64,000 nucleotides of DNA, taken from positions 160,001-224,000 of the forward strand of contig CAVUWA010000009.1 of assembly GCA_963744995.1 (NCBI GenBank). Reading direction: 5' to 3'. This document shows, one piece after another, positions 30,122 to 42,271 of the stretch (positions are counted from its first letter, which is position 1; every line of letters starts with the position of its first letter). The notes beneath the pieces are model-generated. The model searched no databases and was not told where the DNA came from. It saw only the letters and a list, made by a program, of their open reading frames with translations. This DNA is from Candidatus Eiseniibacteriota bacterium. GTDB taxonomy: Bacteria > Eisenbacteria > RBG-16-71-46. Both the position numbers and the translations under genes were made by a program.

Positions 30122-31631
30122 TCGAGATCGGTGAACGCGCCCTGAGCCTCAGGGACGTGGAGGCCGTGGCGCGCGGCCGCGAGCAGGTCCAGGTGGCGCG
30201 CGCCGCGCGTGCGCGCATGCGTGAGAGCCGCGCGGTCGTGAACGCCGCGGTGGACGAAGGCCGCGTGCTGTACGGCATCAACACGGGCTTCGGTCCGATG
30301 AAGGACCATCTGGTGTCCGGCGACCGGCTGCGCGACCTGCAGCTGAACCTGCTGCGCTCGCATCAGGCCGGCGTCGGCGGCGAGTCGCCGCGCGACGTCG
30401 TGCGCACGATGCTGCTGCTGCGCGCGGTGTCGCTCGCGCGCGGGCACTCGGGATGCCGGACGGAGATCGTCGACGGACTGCTCGCGCTGCTCGAACGTGA
30501 CGTGACGCCGGTGGTCCCGGTGCAGGGCTCGGTGGGCGCCTCGGGTGATCTCGCCCCGCTCGCGCATCTGGCCGCGGTGCTGATCGGTGAAGGCGAAGCG
30601 TACCTCGGCGATCGGCGCATGCCCGCCGGACTCGCGCTGCGCGGCGCGGGATTGCAGCCGCTGACGCTGGAGGCGAAGGAGGGGCTCGCGCTCATCAACG
30701 GCACGCAGTTCTCGACCGCCTGGGCGCTTCTGGCCCTGCTCGACGCACGGCGTGTGTGGGAAGCCGCGGTCGGCGCGGCGGCCTTCTCGACCGAGGTGCT
30801 GCTCGGCACCTTCACGCCGGCGCGCGAGGACGTGCAGTCGCTCAGGCCCTACCCGGGTGCGCTCGAGACGGCGCGGCGGCTGCGCGCCTACGCGGAGGAC
30901 AGCGAGATCGTGGCCTCGCACCGCGATTGCGACGAGGTGCAGGACGCCTACTGCCTGCGCTGTGTGCCGCAGGTCATGGGCAGCGCGTTCGACGCGATGA
31001 GGCACATCGAGGCGCAGCTCGAGATCGAGGTGAACGCGGTGAACGACAATCCGCTGGTCCTGGCGGGCTCGCGTGAGGTGATCTCCGCCGGGCTGTTCCA
31101 CGCCGAGCCGGTGGGCATGGTCGCGGATTACCTCAAGATCGCGGTCGCCGAGGTCGCGTCGATCGCCGAGCGGCGCATCGACCGGCTCACCGATGGGCGC
31201 ACCTCGAAGCTGCCGCCGGTGCTGGCGGCCGAGCCCGGCGTCGAGTCGGGCTACATGATGGCCCAGTACGCGGCCGCGGCGCTGGTCTCGGAGAACAAGA
31301 CGCTCGCCCACCCGGCGAGCGTGGATTCGATCCCGACCGGACAGGGCATGGAGGATCACGTGAGCATGGCCCCGATTGCCGCGCGCCACGCTGCACAGAT
31401 CGTGGTGAACGCCTCGCGGGTGATCGCGCTCGAGCTGCTGTGCGACTGCCGGGCCCTCGAGTTCCGCCGCCCGCTGCGCGCCGGTCACGGCACGGAGCGG
31501 CTGTACGGCATGATCCGGCGCATCGCGCCGGCCCCCGAAGGCGACCGTCCGATCGGCGAGGCCTGCGAGACGCTGTCGCGCTGGGTGCGCTCGGCGGCGG
31601 CCGAGCAGCTGGGCGAGGAGGTGTTGCGGGC

Positions 31632-31635
<4 letters not shown>
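30118..31635 (+). CDS. hutH: Histidine ammonia-lyase
   Basis: [22 protein letters not shown] (MIO Ala-Ser-Gly), [28 protein letters not shown]. Confidence 0.95.
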
Positions 31636-33310
<1,675 letters not shown>

Positions 33311-33311
<1 letters not shown>

Positions 33312-34606
33312 TGGCCACCTGGGCCTCGCACGATCCCTCGAACAAGTCGGTGGCGGGCCGCAGTGCCTACCTGCTGCTCCACAACACGTCGGAGGTGGTG
33401 ACTCCGGACCCCGAGGGCCGCAGGATCCTGCGCTTCCCGCGCGGGGCGATCGTATTCCGCGAGGGCCGCGTCGTGGAGATCGGCCACGTGGCCGAGCTGA
33501 CCGCACGCCATCCGGACGCGCGCCCGCTCAACGCCAACGGCCGCCTGGTGACCCCCGGTCTGGTCGACTGCCACACGCACATGGTCTTCGCCGGACAGCG
33601 CGCTCTCGAGTTCCAGAGGAAGCTCGCCGGCGAGCCCTACGCGGCGATCGCGGCCGGCGGCGGCGGAATCCGCGCCACGGTGGAGGCCACCACCGCCGCA
33701 TCGCCCGACGTGCTGGAGAAGACGCTGGCCGCACGGATCGAGCGCTGGCGGGCGAACGGCTGTACCACGGTGGAGGTGAAGTCCGGCTACGGGCTCACGC
33801 CGGATGCCGAAGTCCAGCTGCTGGCGATCATGCGCGGCGCGGTGCTGCGCGTGCCGGTGCATGTCCATCGCACCGCGCTGGTGCTGCATGCGCTGCCCGA
33901 GGCCTATGCCGACCGTCGCGCCGAGTACGTGACCGAGGTGTGCGAGCGGCTGCTGCCGCTGATCCAGCTCCGCGAGCTGGCCACGGCGGTGGACGTCTTC
34001 TGTGACCCGGTCGCCTTCACGGTCGAGGAGTGCCGGACGGTGCTCGAGCGTGCGCGCTCGCTGGGCTTCGGGCTCAAGGTGCACGCCGAGCAGATGGAGC
34101 GCTTCGGCGGCGCGCGGCTCGCGGCGGACCTCGGCGCGCTGTCGGCGGACCATCTCGAGAGCGCGAGCGCCGAGGACTGGCGCGCGCTCGCCGCGGCGGG
34201 CACGGTGGGAGTCCTGCTGCCGGCCGCGGCGCTGACGCTCGGGCAACCGCTGCCACGCGCGGCGGCGCTGCGCGAGAGCGGTGCGCGCTTCGCGATCGCC
34301 ACCGACTTCAACCCGGGCACCGCTCCCGCGCAGTCGCTGCTCGAGTGCGGCGCGCTGGCCGCGCGGCTGTGCGGGTTCAGCGCCGAGGAGATCCTGCTGG
34401 CGCTCACCTGGAACGCGGCGAAGGCGCTGGGCGTCGAGGCCGAGGTCGGACATCTGAACCCGGGCGCGTGGGGCGACGCGGTGGCCTGGGAATGCGAAAC
34501 GCTGGAAGAGCTGCCGTACTGGATGCCGTCCGTACGCCCCGACGTGGTGTTCATGCGCGGCGCGGATCTCGCGCTGCCCACCGTCGAACGCCGCGTGTGG
34601 CCGTGA
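33311..34606 (+). CDS. hutI: Imidazolonepropionase
   Basis: PGLVDCHTH.VFAG, GGGIRATV, EVKSGYGL, HAEQ, SADHLE, ATDFNPG. Confidence 0.95.
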
Positions 34607-34658
34607 ACGCCATGCGGCGCGGATGCGGCCGCCGAACCTCTCATCCCGGAAAGTGACC

Positions 34659-36191
34659 ATGCCCCGACTCGTCGAGTGCGTACCGAACGTCTCCGAAGGC
34701 CGCCGCCGCGAGGTGGTGGACGAACTGATCCAGGTCGTGAGCGGCGTCGCCGGCGTGACGATGCTCGACAGCGAGATGGACGCCGACCACCACCGCTCGG
34801 TGATCACGTTCGCCGGCGAGCCGGAACCGGTGATGGAGGCCGCGTTCCGCCTCGTCGAGCGTGCCGCACGCTTGATCGATCTCACGCAGCACCAGGGTGA
34901 ACACCCGCGCATGGGCGCGACCGACGTCGTCCCGTTCGTGCCGGTCGAGGGGGTGACGCTCGACGACTGCGCGGCGATGGCCCGTCAGGTGGCCGAGCGC
35001 ATCGGCAGCGAGCTCGCGATCCCGACCTACCTCTACGAGGCGGCGGCGAGCCGTCCCGACCGGGTGAGCCTGGCCGACGTGCGCCGCGGCCAGTTCGAGG
35101 GCCTGCGCGACGCCATCGGCACGGACCCGGAACGCGTCCCGGATTTCGGTCCGGCGCAGATCCATCCCACGGCCGGTGCGACCGCCGTGGGCGCACGCCG
35201 GTTCCTGGTCGCGTTCAACGCCAACCTCAACACGGCCGACGTGCGGGTCGCGAAGGCGGTCGCCTCCGCGATCCGCGAACGAACGGGCGGCCTGCGGAAC
35301 GTGCGCGCGCTGGGCTTTTCGATCGAGGGCGGCCGCCGCGCGCAGGTGAGCATGAATCTGGTGGACGTGCAGGCGACGCCGATCCATCGCGTGCTCGCGC
35401 TGGTGCGCGACGAGGCCGCGCGGCGCGGCGCCGCGATCTCGGGCTGCGAGGTCGTGGGCCTGATCCCCGAGTTCGCCATGCTGGACGCCGCCGAGCACGC
35501 GCTGCAGCTCGAAGGCTTCCGCCGCGATCAGGTGCTGGAACTCAGGCTGCGCACGCCGCCCCTCTCCGAGGCCGTGCCGATTGCGACGTTTTTCGATCAG
35601 GTGGCGGCCGCCACGCCGACACCGGGCGGCGGCACCGTGGCCGCGTTCGCCGCGGCGCTGGCCACGACGCTCGCGACCATGGTGGCGAACCTGACCATCG
35701 GCAGGAAGAAGTACGCCGACCGGGAGGCCGAAATGGGCGAGATGAAACGCGCCGCGGGCCGGCTGCGCGTCACCCTGCTCTCGCTGGCACGGCGTGACAG
35801 CGAGGCGTTCGACGCCGTGCTCGAGGCGCGCCGGATGCCCCGGTCGACCGAGGCCGAGATCGAGGCCCGCGCCCGGGCGCTGGCCGCGGCCGAGCTGCAG
35901 GCGACCCGGGTCCCGCTCGAGACGGCCGCCGCCTGCCTCGAGGTGCTGGGCCTCGCCGCGACCGCGGCCGAGCGCGGAAACATCAACGCGGCAACGGATT
36001 CCGGCGTGGCGGGCCTCATCGCCGGGGCCGCCGCCGAAGGCGCCCTGCTCAACGTGGAAATCAATCTGAAGTCCCTGCCCGAGGGCGCCGATAAACAGCA
36101 GGTGATTACAGACCTGCGGCGCCTCCGGGCCGAGCTCGAGCCTGTGTCTCGACGCTGCGCGGAGACGGTGCGGGCCGTCATCAACGCTTGA
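34659..36191 (+). CDS. ftcD: Bifunctional glutamate formiminotransferase / formiminotetrahydrofolate cyclodeaminase
   Basis: LVECVPNVSEGR, HQGEHPRMGATDVVPFVP, QVSMNL; C-terminal PTPGGGTVAA...NVEINL cyclodeaminase domain. Confidence 0.93.
   Translation: MPRLVECVPNVSEGRRREVVDELIQVVSGVAGVTMLDSEMDADHHRSVITFAGEPEPVMEAAFRLVERAARLIDLTQHQGEHPRMGATDVVPFVPVEGVTLDDCAAMARQVAERIGSELAIPTYLYEAAASRPDRVSLADVRRGQFEGLRDAIGTDPERVPDFGPAQIHPTAGATAVGARRFLVAFNANLNTADVRVAKAVASAIRERTGGLRNVRALGFSIEGGRRAQVSMNLVDVQATPIHRVLALVRDEAARRGAAISGCEVVGLIPEFAMLDAAEHALQLEGFRRDQVLELRLRTPPLSEAVPIATFFDQVAAATPTPGGGTVAAFAAALATTLATMVANLTIGRKKYADREAEMGEMKRAAGRLRVTLLSLARRDSEAFDAVLEARRMPRSTEAEIEARARALAAAELQATRVPLETAAACLEVLGLAATAAERGNINAATDSGVAGLIAGAAAEGALLNVEINLKSLPEGADKQQVITDLRRLRAELEPVSRRCAETVRAVINA
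36067..36094 (+). promoter_or_regulatory. Candidate sigma28-like promoter inside the ftcD 3' end
   Basis: TGAA-N16-GCCGATAA, about 150 nt upstream of the TPR gene. Confidence 0.4.
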
Positions 36192-36244
36192 CAGGGAATG
36201 CCTGAGGCCGGGCGCGTGCCCGTAACGCCCCGCGGAGAGAGCCC

Positions 36245-38335
36245 TTGGATAAGGCAGTCGAGATCAAGCGGCGGGCACAGCGTTGCGTTCAGAACGGAGA
36301 CCTGGACGGGGCGCTGAGCGAATACGAAAAGCTCGTCGCTGCGAATGACACCGACCCCTACAACTTCGTGCTCCTCGCGGATCTCCTGTTCAAGAAGGGA
36401 GATCAGGGAGGGGCCGCGGACCGCTATCTGAGCGCCGCGGCTGCCTACGAGACCGCCGGCCTCTACAAGAACGGCATCGCGGTCTGCAAGAAGATGATGC
36501 GGCTCTCGCTCGCGCCCGCCCGGGTGCTCCGGCAGCTCGCCGCGCTGCATGCCGCGGACGGTCTCGGCACCGAAGCCTCGCTCTACTACATGCAGTACGC
36601 CGAGCACCAGGTGCGCGGTGAACAGTATGGGGAAGCCGGCGATGCCCTGCGCAAGGCGTTCGACGCGTCTCCCGAGAACCTCAAGGCGCTCGAGCGGCTC
36701 GCGGAAGTGCTGCTGCTCGAGGACGACCGGCCCGAGGCGGCGCGCACGCTCGCCGAGGCGGCGCGGCACTACGCGAAGGGTGGCCAGCTGCAGGCGGCCG
36801 AGCAGTGCAAGCGTCGCGGACGCGAGCTCGACGAACAGGCCTTCGAGTCGGCCGGCAGCCAGCCCGGCACGGCGCCGGCCCACGGTGCAGGGGGCGCGCC
36901 GGAGCCCGGCATGCAGGACATCGACCGCATCGAGCGCGCCCGGCCGCCCGCGGCGATCGAGCGCGATGCCGATCTCGAGTCGGCGCCGCCGCGGCTGGAG
37001 GCCGGCCCTCCGTCCGCACCCGAGGCCGCAGCGGTCGCGGACGGGGCTGCGCCCATGGACGCCGGATCCACACCGGAAAACGACGCCGGAACCGCGCCGG
37101 AGGGCGACAGCGGCCCGACGGCGGAGGGCGACGCCGCCTCGACGCCGGAGGGCGAGGCCGGAAGCACGCCCGGGCACAGCACCGGATCCACGCCGGCCGG
37201 TACGGCCGACGGCGGTGTGCGCACGATCGAATCGGCGTGGAACGGGGAGCCCTCGACGGATCCGCCGGGCCTCCAGTTCGGAACTCCGGGCGCACGCCCT
37301 GCGCCGGCGCGCAGCGCGGAGCTGGTGCAGGTGGAGAAGCTGCTCGCCGAGGCCCAGGAGGCGTTCCGCGCCGGTGATCGCGAGCGGGCCGGGGAGACGC
37401 TGGCGCAGGCGGCGGAAACGTACGAGGCGGCCGGCCAGCTCGACCAGGCGGCGACGATCTGGCGCAGTCTCGCCAAGAGCGCCCAGGCGCCCGAGGGCGT
37501 GCTGGAACGCTGGCTCGCCAACTGCGAAAAACGCGACGATCGCTCGGAGGCCGCGCACGTGGCCTGCGAGCTCGGCGACCGTGCCCTGGCCGGCACGCGG
37601 GCCGAGGAAGCCCGCGGCTGGTTCGAGAAGGCGATCGGCTTCGAGGCGGACAACGCGCTCGCGGCGCGCCGCCTGCAGCGACTGGGCGGAGCGGCGCCGC
37701 AGGCGGCGTCCGAGGCGGCCGCGCCGGCGGGGCGCGCGCCGAAGGGGAAGGGGCGCGAGCGCCGGCTCGGACCGCCGGAGCCGCCCGGGCCGGAGCCGAA
37801 GGCCGACCCCGCGGCCGGCGCCGCGGAGGCGCCCGCCTCCGAGAACGGCGTGGAGACCGGTCGCGTGGAGCTCGCGGTGGGACGCGGCGAGGCCGTGACG
37901 TTCGACCTCGGCTCGCTGATCTCCGAGTTCCAGCGCGGCGTCGAGGCGCAGCTTTCCGGCGATGCGCAGAGTCACTACGATCTCGCCATGGCGTATCGTG
38001 AGATGGGCCTGCTCGAGCAGGCCGTGGAGTCGTTCCGCATCGCGCAGAAGGATGCCGCGTTCGCGGACCGCTGCGCCGAAATGGTCGGCCGCTGCCTGCT
38101 CGACCAGGGCCGGTTCGAGGATGCGGCCTCGGAGTTCCGCGCCGCGCTCGACAGCGGACGGCTGGACATGGAGACCGAAGTGAATCTGCGCTACCAGCTC
38201 GGGCTCGCTCACGAGGCGGCGGGTCGCGTGAGCGAAGCGCTGGGCGAGTTCGAGGGCGTTCACGCCGCGCAACCCAACTATCCGGACGTGGCGCTGAAGA
38301 TCCGGGTCCTGCGCAAATCGCTGGAGAGCATCTAG
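36245..38335 (+). CDS. Tetratricopeptide-repeat protein with low-complexity linkers
   Basis: N-terminal TPRs (GDLDGALSEYEKLV..., AIAVCKK-like), C-terminal SHYDLAMAYREMGLLEQAV and LRYQLG...YPDV motifs. Confidence 0.8.
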   Translation: MDKAVEIKRRAQRCVQNGDLDGALSEYEKLVAANDTDPYNFVLLADLLFKKGDQGGAADRYLSAAAAYETAGLYKNGIAVCKKMMRLSLAPARVLRQLAALHAADGLGTEASLYYMQYAEHQVRGEQYGEAGDALRKAFDASPENLKALERLAEVLLLEDDRPEAARTLAEAARHYAKGGQLQAAEQCKRRGRELDEQAFESAGSQPGTAPAHGAGGAPEPGMQDIDRIERARPPAAIERDADLESAPPRLEAGPPSAPEAAAVADGAAPMDAGSTPENDAGTAPEGDSGPTAEGDAASTPEGEAGSTPGHSTGSTPAGTADGGVRTIESAWNGEPSTDPPGLQFGTPGARPAPARSAELVQVEKLLAEAQEAFRAGDRERAGETLAQAAETYEAAGQLDQAATIWRSLAKSAQAPEGVLERWLANCEKRDDRSEAAHVACELGDRALAGTRAEEARGWFEKAIGFEADNALAARRLQRLGGAAPQAASEAAAPAGRAPKGKGRERRLGPPEPPGPEPKADPAAGAAEAPASENGVETGRVELAVGRGEAVTFDLGSLISEFQRGVEAQLSGDAQSHYDLAMAYREMGLLEQAVESFRIAQKDAAFADRCAEMVGRCLLDQGRFEDAASEFRAALDSGRLDMETEVNLRYQLGLAHEAAGRVSEALGEFEGVHAAQPNYPDVALKIRVLRKSLESI
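37058..37201 (+). repeat. Six degenerate 24-nt tandem repeats (8-aa unit resembling DAGSTPEG) within the TPR gene
   Basis: gacgccggatccacaccggaaaac / gacgccggaaccgcgccggagggc / gacagcggcccgacggcggagggc / gacgccgcctcgacgccggagggc and two further degenerate units. Confidence 0.7.
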
Positions 38336-39177
38336 TGCCCGGGCGCGCGGCGCAGGACGGTGGCCGCGTCGATCTTCACGCCCACACGATCTTCAGCGAC
38401 GGCCAGCTCACCCCGGAAGCGCTGGTGGATCTCGCGATCGAGCGCGGCCTCGCCGCGATCGCGATCACCGATCACGACTCGACCGCAGGCATCGGTCCGG
38501 CGCGCGCTGCGGCACGTGGGCGCGTCGAGATCGTGCCCGGCATCGAGGTTTCGACCAGCACGGACCGCCTCGACCTGCACGTGCTCGGTTACTTCGTCGA
38601 TCCGGCGGACGCGCGGCTTGCGACACGGCTGAGGAAGTTCCGCCGCGAGCGGATCGAGCGGGTCCACGCCATCGCCCGGCGGCTCGCGGAGCTGGGCATC
38701 GCGATCGACGTGGACGAGGTGCTCGCCCTCGCCGGCCCCGGCGTGGTCGGGCGTCCGCACGTGGCCGCGGTGCTGCTGCGCGCGAAACGCGTGCGCACCG
38801 TGGACGAGGCCTTCAAAAAGTTTCTCGGCGCCCGCGCCGAGGCCTACGTGCCGCGGCCCGCGTTCCATCCGAACGAGGCGATCGCGATGATCGCCGAGGC
38901 CGGCGGCGTGAGCGTGCTCGCTCACCCGGGCGCATACGTGCCCGACGGTCTGGTACGGGAGCTCGTCCAGGCGGGCCTCGACGGGATCGAGGTGTGGCAC
39001 CCGCAGCACGGACCGGCCCTGGTCAGGCGCTACCATGCGCTGGCGACGCAGCTCGGCCTGATCGAGTCCGGCGGCTCCGACTTCCACGGTCCCGGACGCC
39101 ACACCGACCTCGGTGGCATGAAGGTGCCGGCGCTGGTGCTCAAACGGCTCAAGGACGCCGCCGGCGTTCCGAGCTGA
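38335..39177 (+). CDS. PHP-domain phosphoesterase (TrpH/YciV-like)
   Basis: DLHAHTIFSDG, AITDHD, GIEVS, HVLGY, GRPHVA, LAHP, GGSDFHG. Confidence 0.92.
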   Translation: MPGRAAQDGGRVDLHAHTIFSDGQLTPEALVDLAIERGLAAIAITDHDSTAGIGPARAAARGRVEIVPGIEVSTSTDRLDLHVLGYFVDPADARLATRLRKFRRERIERVHAIARRLAELGIAIDVDEVLALAGPGVVGRPHVAAVLLRAKRVRTVDEAFKKFLGARAEAYVPRPAFHPNEAIAMIAEAGGVSVLAHPGAYVPDGLVRELVQAGLDGIEVWHPQHGPALVRRYHALATQLGLIESGGSDFHGPGRHTDLGGMKVPALVLKRLKDAAGVPS

Positions 39178-39391
39178 TCGCCGCCGCCCGCGACGGGCGG
39201 CGTGCCGGCCTCCGCCGGCCGGCGGGCCGATGCGCGTCACCCTCGCGTTTCCGCCGCCGGGCGCCCCGCGCTTGCGGTGCGCGAAGCGGTCGGGCTAGGC
39301 TCCGCGCGCGCCCCGACCAGAAGCCCTCCGGAGAATCCAGCGTATCGCCACCGATCGACTGTCCACGCGCCGCCTGTCCTACGCCGCCCTG

Positions 39392-39883
39392 ATGGTCGCG
39401 GCGGGACTCACCGGGGTGTATGCGGAGACCATCCCCAATTTCGAAGTCCTCACGCTGGTCGTGTTCTGCTCGGGCGTTCTGCTGGGGGCGCGCGACGGCG
39501 TCCTGGTGGGCGCGGTGACGATGCTGGTGTACTCGCTGCTGAATCCCTACGGCGCGGTGCATCCGCTGGTGACGCTGGCGCAGGTGCTCGGCGAGTCGGC
39601 GGCCGGCCTGGGCGGCGCGTGGTTCGCGGCCGCACGCGGTCCGGAACGCGGCGCCCCCGCCCGGGCACTGCTGCTGGCCATCGCGGCGCTCCTGCTCACG
39701 GTGTGGTTCGACGTCCTGACCAATCTCGCGACGGGCATCCTGTTCGGGCAGGTGCGCGTCACCCTGATCGGAGGCATTCCATTCGCTGCCTGGCACGTGG
39801 CATCGAACATCGGTCTGTTCGTGGTGCTCGGCACGCCGCTCTCGGGCGTGCTCTGGCACTACCGCTCGCGGCTCTCGTCCTGA
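39392..39883 (+). CDS. ECF transporter S component (true start possibly upstream and non-canonical)
   Basis: IPNFEVLTLVVFCSGVLLG, several TM helices, FD.LTN, GIPF..WHVASN resembles cobalamin-type S components. Confidence 0.7.
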   Translation: MVAAGLTGVYAETIPNFEVLTLVVFCSGVLLGARDGVLVGAVTMLVYSLLNPYGAVHPLVTLAQVLGESAAGLGGAWFAAARGPERGAPARALLLAIAALLLTVWFDVLTNLATGILFGQVRVTLIGGIPFAAWHVASNIGLFVVLGTPLSGVLWHYRSRLSS

Positions 39884-41574
39884 GCTGGCCCGCGCCGCCC
39901 GCCGCGGCGCAGGCCTCGTCGGCGGGGCGCGACGCGATCGCCGCGTCCACCGATTTCGATCTGCCCGAGTGGTGGAGCGAGACCGGTCGCGCCGGCATGC
40001 GTTCGGACGCGGGCCCGATCACCGGCGCGCCGTGGGTGTGGGCCGGCCACGTGCGCGCCGCATGGCGGCTCGAGGAGCCGACCCGGGCGCCGGCCGCGCT
40101 GCCGTTCCCCGGCGTCCTGCTCGCGCCGACGCCGATCGCCTTCTACGACTCGGTGGCGGTCTCCGGCGGGCCTTCGGCGGGCGGCCTCGATGGCTCGCTC
40201 GCCCGCGCCCGGGGCGGGCCCGCGGCGCATCCGCGCCACGCGGCGCGGTCGGTGATCGCGCTGCGCAGCGGCTCGTTCGGCATCGACGAGAGCGCGCTCG
40301 GGTTCGAGCGCGGCGATTCGGCGCTGTGGGTGCGCGCCGAGACCTCCAACTCGAAGCGCGGCGGCATCGGCGGCTGGGACGGCGTCGCCCGCCACGTCTG
40401 GGGTCTGGGCGGGGGCTTCGCCCGCGGCGCACAGGCGGTGAGCGCGACCTTCGCGCAGCATGGTGGCGCTGCGCGTCTGGCCGGCGGCGAGCAGGAGTCG
40501 TCGTCGGGGGAAAGCGGTTCGCTGGCGTGGCGTGTCGAGGGCGCGCGGGCGGCCGGCGGCGTCACGCTAGCGCGCGGCCACGACTTCCACGAGAGCCTCG
40601 ACGAAGCGCTCGTCTACTCGCGCCGCGACGCGCAGGAGAACCGCGTGCGCCTCTGGAGCCGGGCGGGCGGCGGCGCCTCGGACTTCGCGGCATCGCTCGA
40701 ATACGGGGAAGCGCGCATCGACCGCAGCTACGACGGCGCGTCGTCGGCGGTCGGCCGCGCGCTGTGGGGCAGGGTCGCGTGGGCGCGGCCGGTGGGCGAG
40801 GGGCGACTGGCGCTGCATGTGGGTGCGGGCGCGCGACCGCATGCGGGCGGCGTGCACCTCGCGCCCGGTTTCGACTACGAGGTCGGCGGCGCGGGCGCCG
40901 GCGCGCGCGTGTTCTTCGAGCGCATCACCGAATCGGTGTGGGCCGATCTCGCACCGGGTCAGGCGCCGTTCCTACAGAGCACCTGGAGCGGCGGAGTGGC
41001 CGTGCACGGCGGCGGCGCGGACGGCGGGTCGGCGGGCGAGGCGGCGGTTCGCTTCGGGCAGACCGCTTCGCGTGCGCTCGGCTCGCGACGCCCGGTGGAC
41101 GACCTGTGGCTGCGCCGCGGTTTCAGGGCGGACAGCGGCCGCTACCACTTCGCTCTGCTCAGCGCCCGCGGGGCATGGAACCGCGGCCCGCTGGAGAGTG
41201 CCGCCGAAGGCTTCGCGCTGGTGCGCGACCTGACCCCGCGGCAGCCGCAGGTGGACCCGGCGCTCGGCTTTCGTGCCCGGCTCGGCACGCGCTTCCATGC
41301 GTTCACCGGTGACCTGGGGGTGCGCGTGCGCATGCTGGTCGAGGGCGTCGGGCCGCGCGAGAGCGAGGCGCCGCTCGGGCGACGGCTGCCCGGCTACGTG
41401 ACGCTCGGCGCCGGCGTCACCCTCACGCTCGCCGACGCCACCGCCTCGATCGAGCTGCTGAACCTCGAGGACGAGCGGCGCAGTCAGGTATGGATCGACT
41501 ACGCCACGGGCCGCGAGGCCCTGGGGCCCGGCCGCACCCTGCGTTTCCTGTTCACCTGGCGGTTGTTCAACTAG
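39853..41574 (+). CDS. Putative outer-membrane beta-barrel/porin (start uncertain)
   Basis: Signal-peptide-like LALPLAALVLSWPAPPAAAQ, amphipathic strands, NLED..., C-terminal GRTLRFLFTWRLFN. Confidence 0.55.
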   Translation: MALPLAALVLSWPAPPAAAQASSAGRDAIAASTDFDLPEWWSETGRAGMRSDAGPITGAPWVWAGHVRAAWRLEEPTRAPAALPFPGVLLAPTPIAFYDSVAVSGGPSAGGLDGSLARARGGPAAHPRHAARSVIALRSGSFGIDESALGFERGDSALWVRAETSNSKRGGIGGWDGVARHVWGLGGGFARGAQAVSATFAQHGGAARLAGGEQESSSGESGSLAWRVEGARAAGGVTLARGHDFHESLDEALVYSRRDAQENRVRLWSRAGGGASDFAASLEYGEARIDRSYDGASSAVGRALWGRVAWARPVGEGRLALHVGAGARPHAGGVHLAPGFDYEVGGAGAGARVFFERITESVWADLAPGQAPFLQSTWSGGVAVHGGGADGGSAGEAAVRFGQTASRALGSRRPVDDLWLRRGFRADSGRYHFALLSARGAWNRGPLESAAEGFALVRDLTPRQPQVDPALGFRARLGTRFHAFTGDLGVRVRMLVEGVGPRESEAPLGRRLPGYVTLGAGVTLTLADATASIELLNLEDERRSQVWIDYATGREALGPGRTLRFLFTWRLFN

Positions 41575-41612
41575 CCGGCCACACGACTTCCCGGCCCCCG
41601 CCGAGGTTCCAC

Positions 41613-41984
41613 GTGCGGAACGCGACCCGGGCCGAGCTGCGCGGCGCGCTGCTTGCGGCGCTCGCCGTGGCCGCCATCGGCGCGATGGCGCTGCGGCCCG
41701 GCGCCCTGACGCCCGCGCCGCGACCGGTGCCGGTTCCGGTCCCCGCCGCGGCGGGCGCCGGCGCGACCCGCATCGACCTCAATCGTGCCGACGCTCGCAC
41801 GCTCACCCGGCTGCCCGGCATCGGACCCGTGCTTGCAGAGCGCATCGTCCGGCACCGGGCGCGGCACGGCCCGTTCCGGAGCGCGGACGAACTCGCCGCG
41901 GTGCGTGGCATCGGTCCGCGCCTGATCGAACGGATCGGCGACCGTGTCACGACCCGGGGTCGCCCCGACAGTCTGTTGCGCTGA
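41613..41984 (+). CDS. ComEA-like helix-hairpin-helix DNA-binding protein
   Basis: N-terminal TM, IDLNRADARTLTRLPGIGPVLAERIV..R...GPFRSADEL..VRGIGP. Confidence 0.88.
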   Translation: MRNATRAELRGALLAALAVAAIGAMALRPGALTPAPRPVPVPVPAAAGAGATRIDLNRADARTLTRLPGIGPVLAERIVRHRARHGPFRSADELAAVRGIGPRLIERIGDRVTTRGRPDSLLR

Positions 41985-42113
41985 AAGGGATTGCGGGCGC
42001 GGCTTCCGGCGGGTCACCGGGCCGCGCCGCGCCGCCGTGCGGGCCCGGACGGGTGGGGGCGTCCCGTCCCGGCGCCGCCCGGATACCGCTGCAGTCTGCA
42101 AGCAGATTCCCCT

Positions 42114-42140
42114 TCATTCGCGGCGGAGCGGTTCCGATAA
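42114..42140 (+). promoter_or_regulatory. Candidate sigma28-like promoter upstream of pilB
   Basis: TCAT-N15-TCCGATAA. Confidence 0.35.
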
Positions 42141-42271
42141 CGCGCATAACCCCTTCCGTCCACGTCGCCGGGAGCGTCGAACGGCATCCGCGGTCTGCAG
42201 GCTCAGCGGATGTCCCATCGCATGACATGTCCGGCCATCGGGCTTTCCCGATGCGCCTTCGAGGAATCCGC

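Noticed and set aside
39178..39391. Possible cobalamin riboswitch upstream of the ECF S component
   Set aside because: No recognisable B12-box or conserved core by eye; the region instead has GC hairpins and a sigma70-like TTGCGG-N18-TAGGCT. An Infernal/Rfam scan would settle it.
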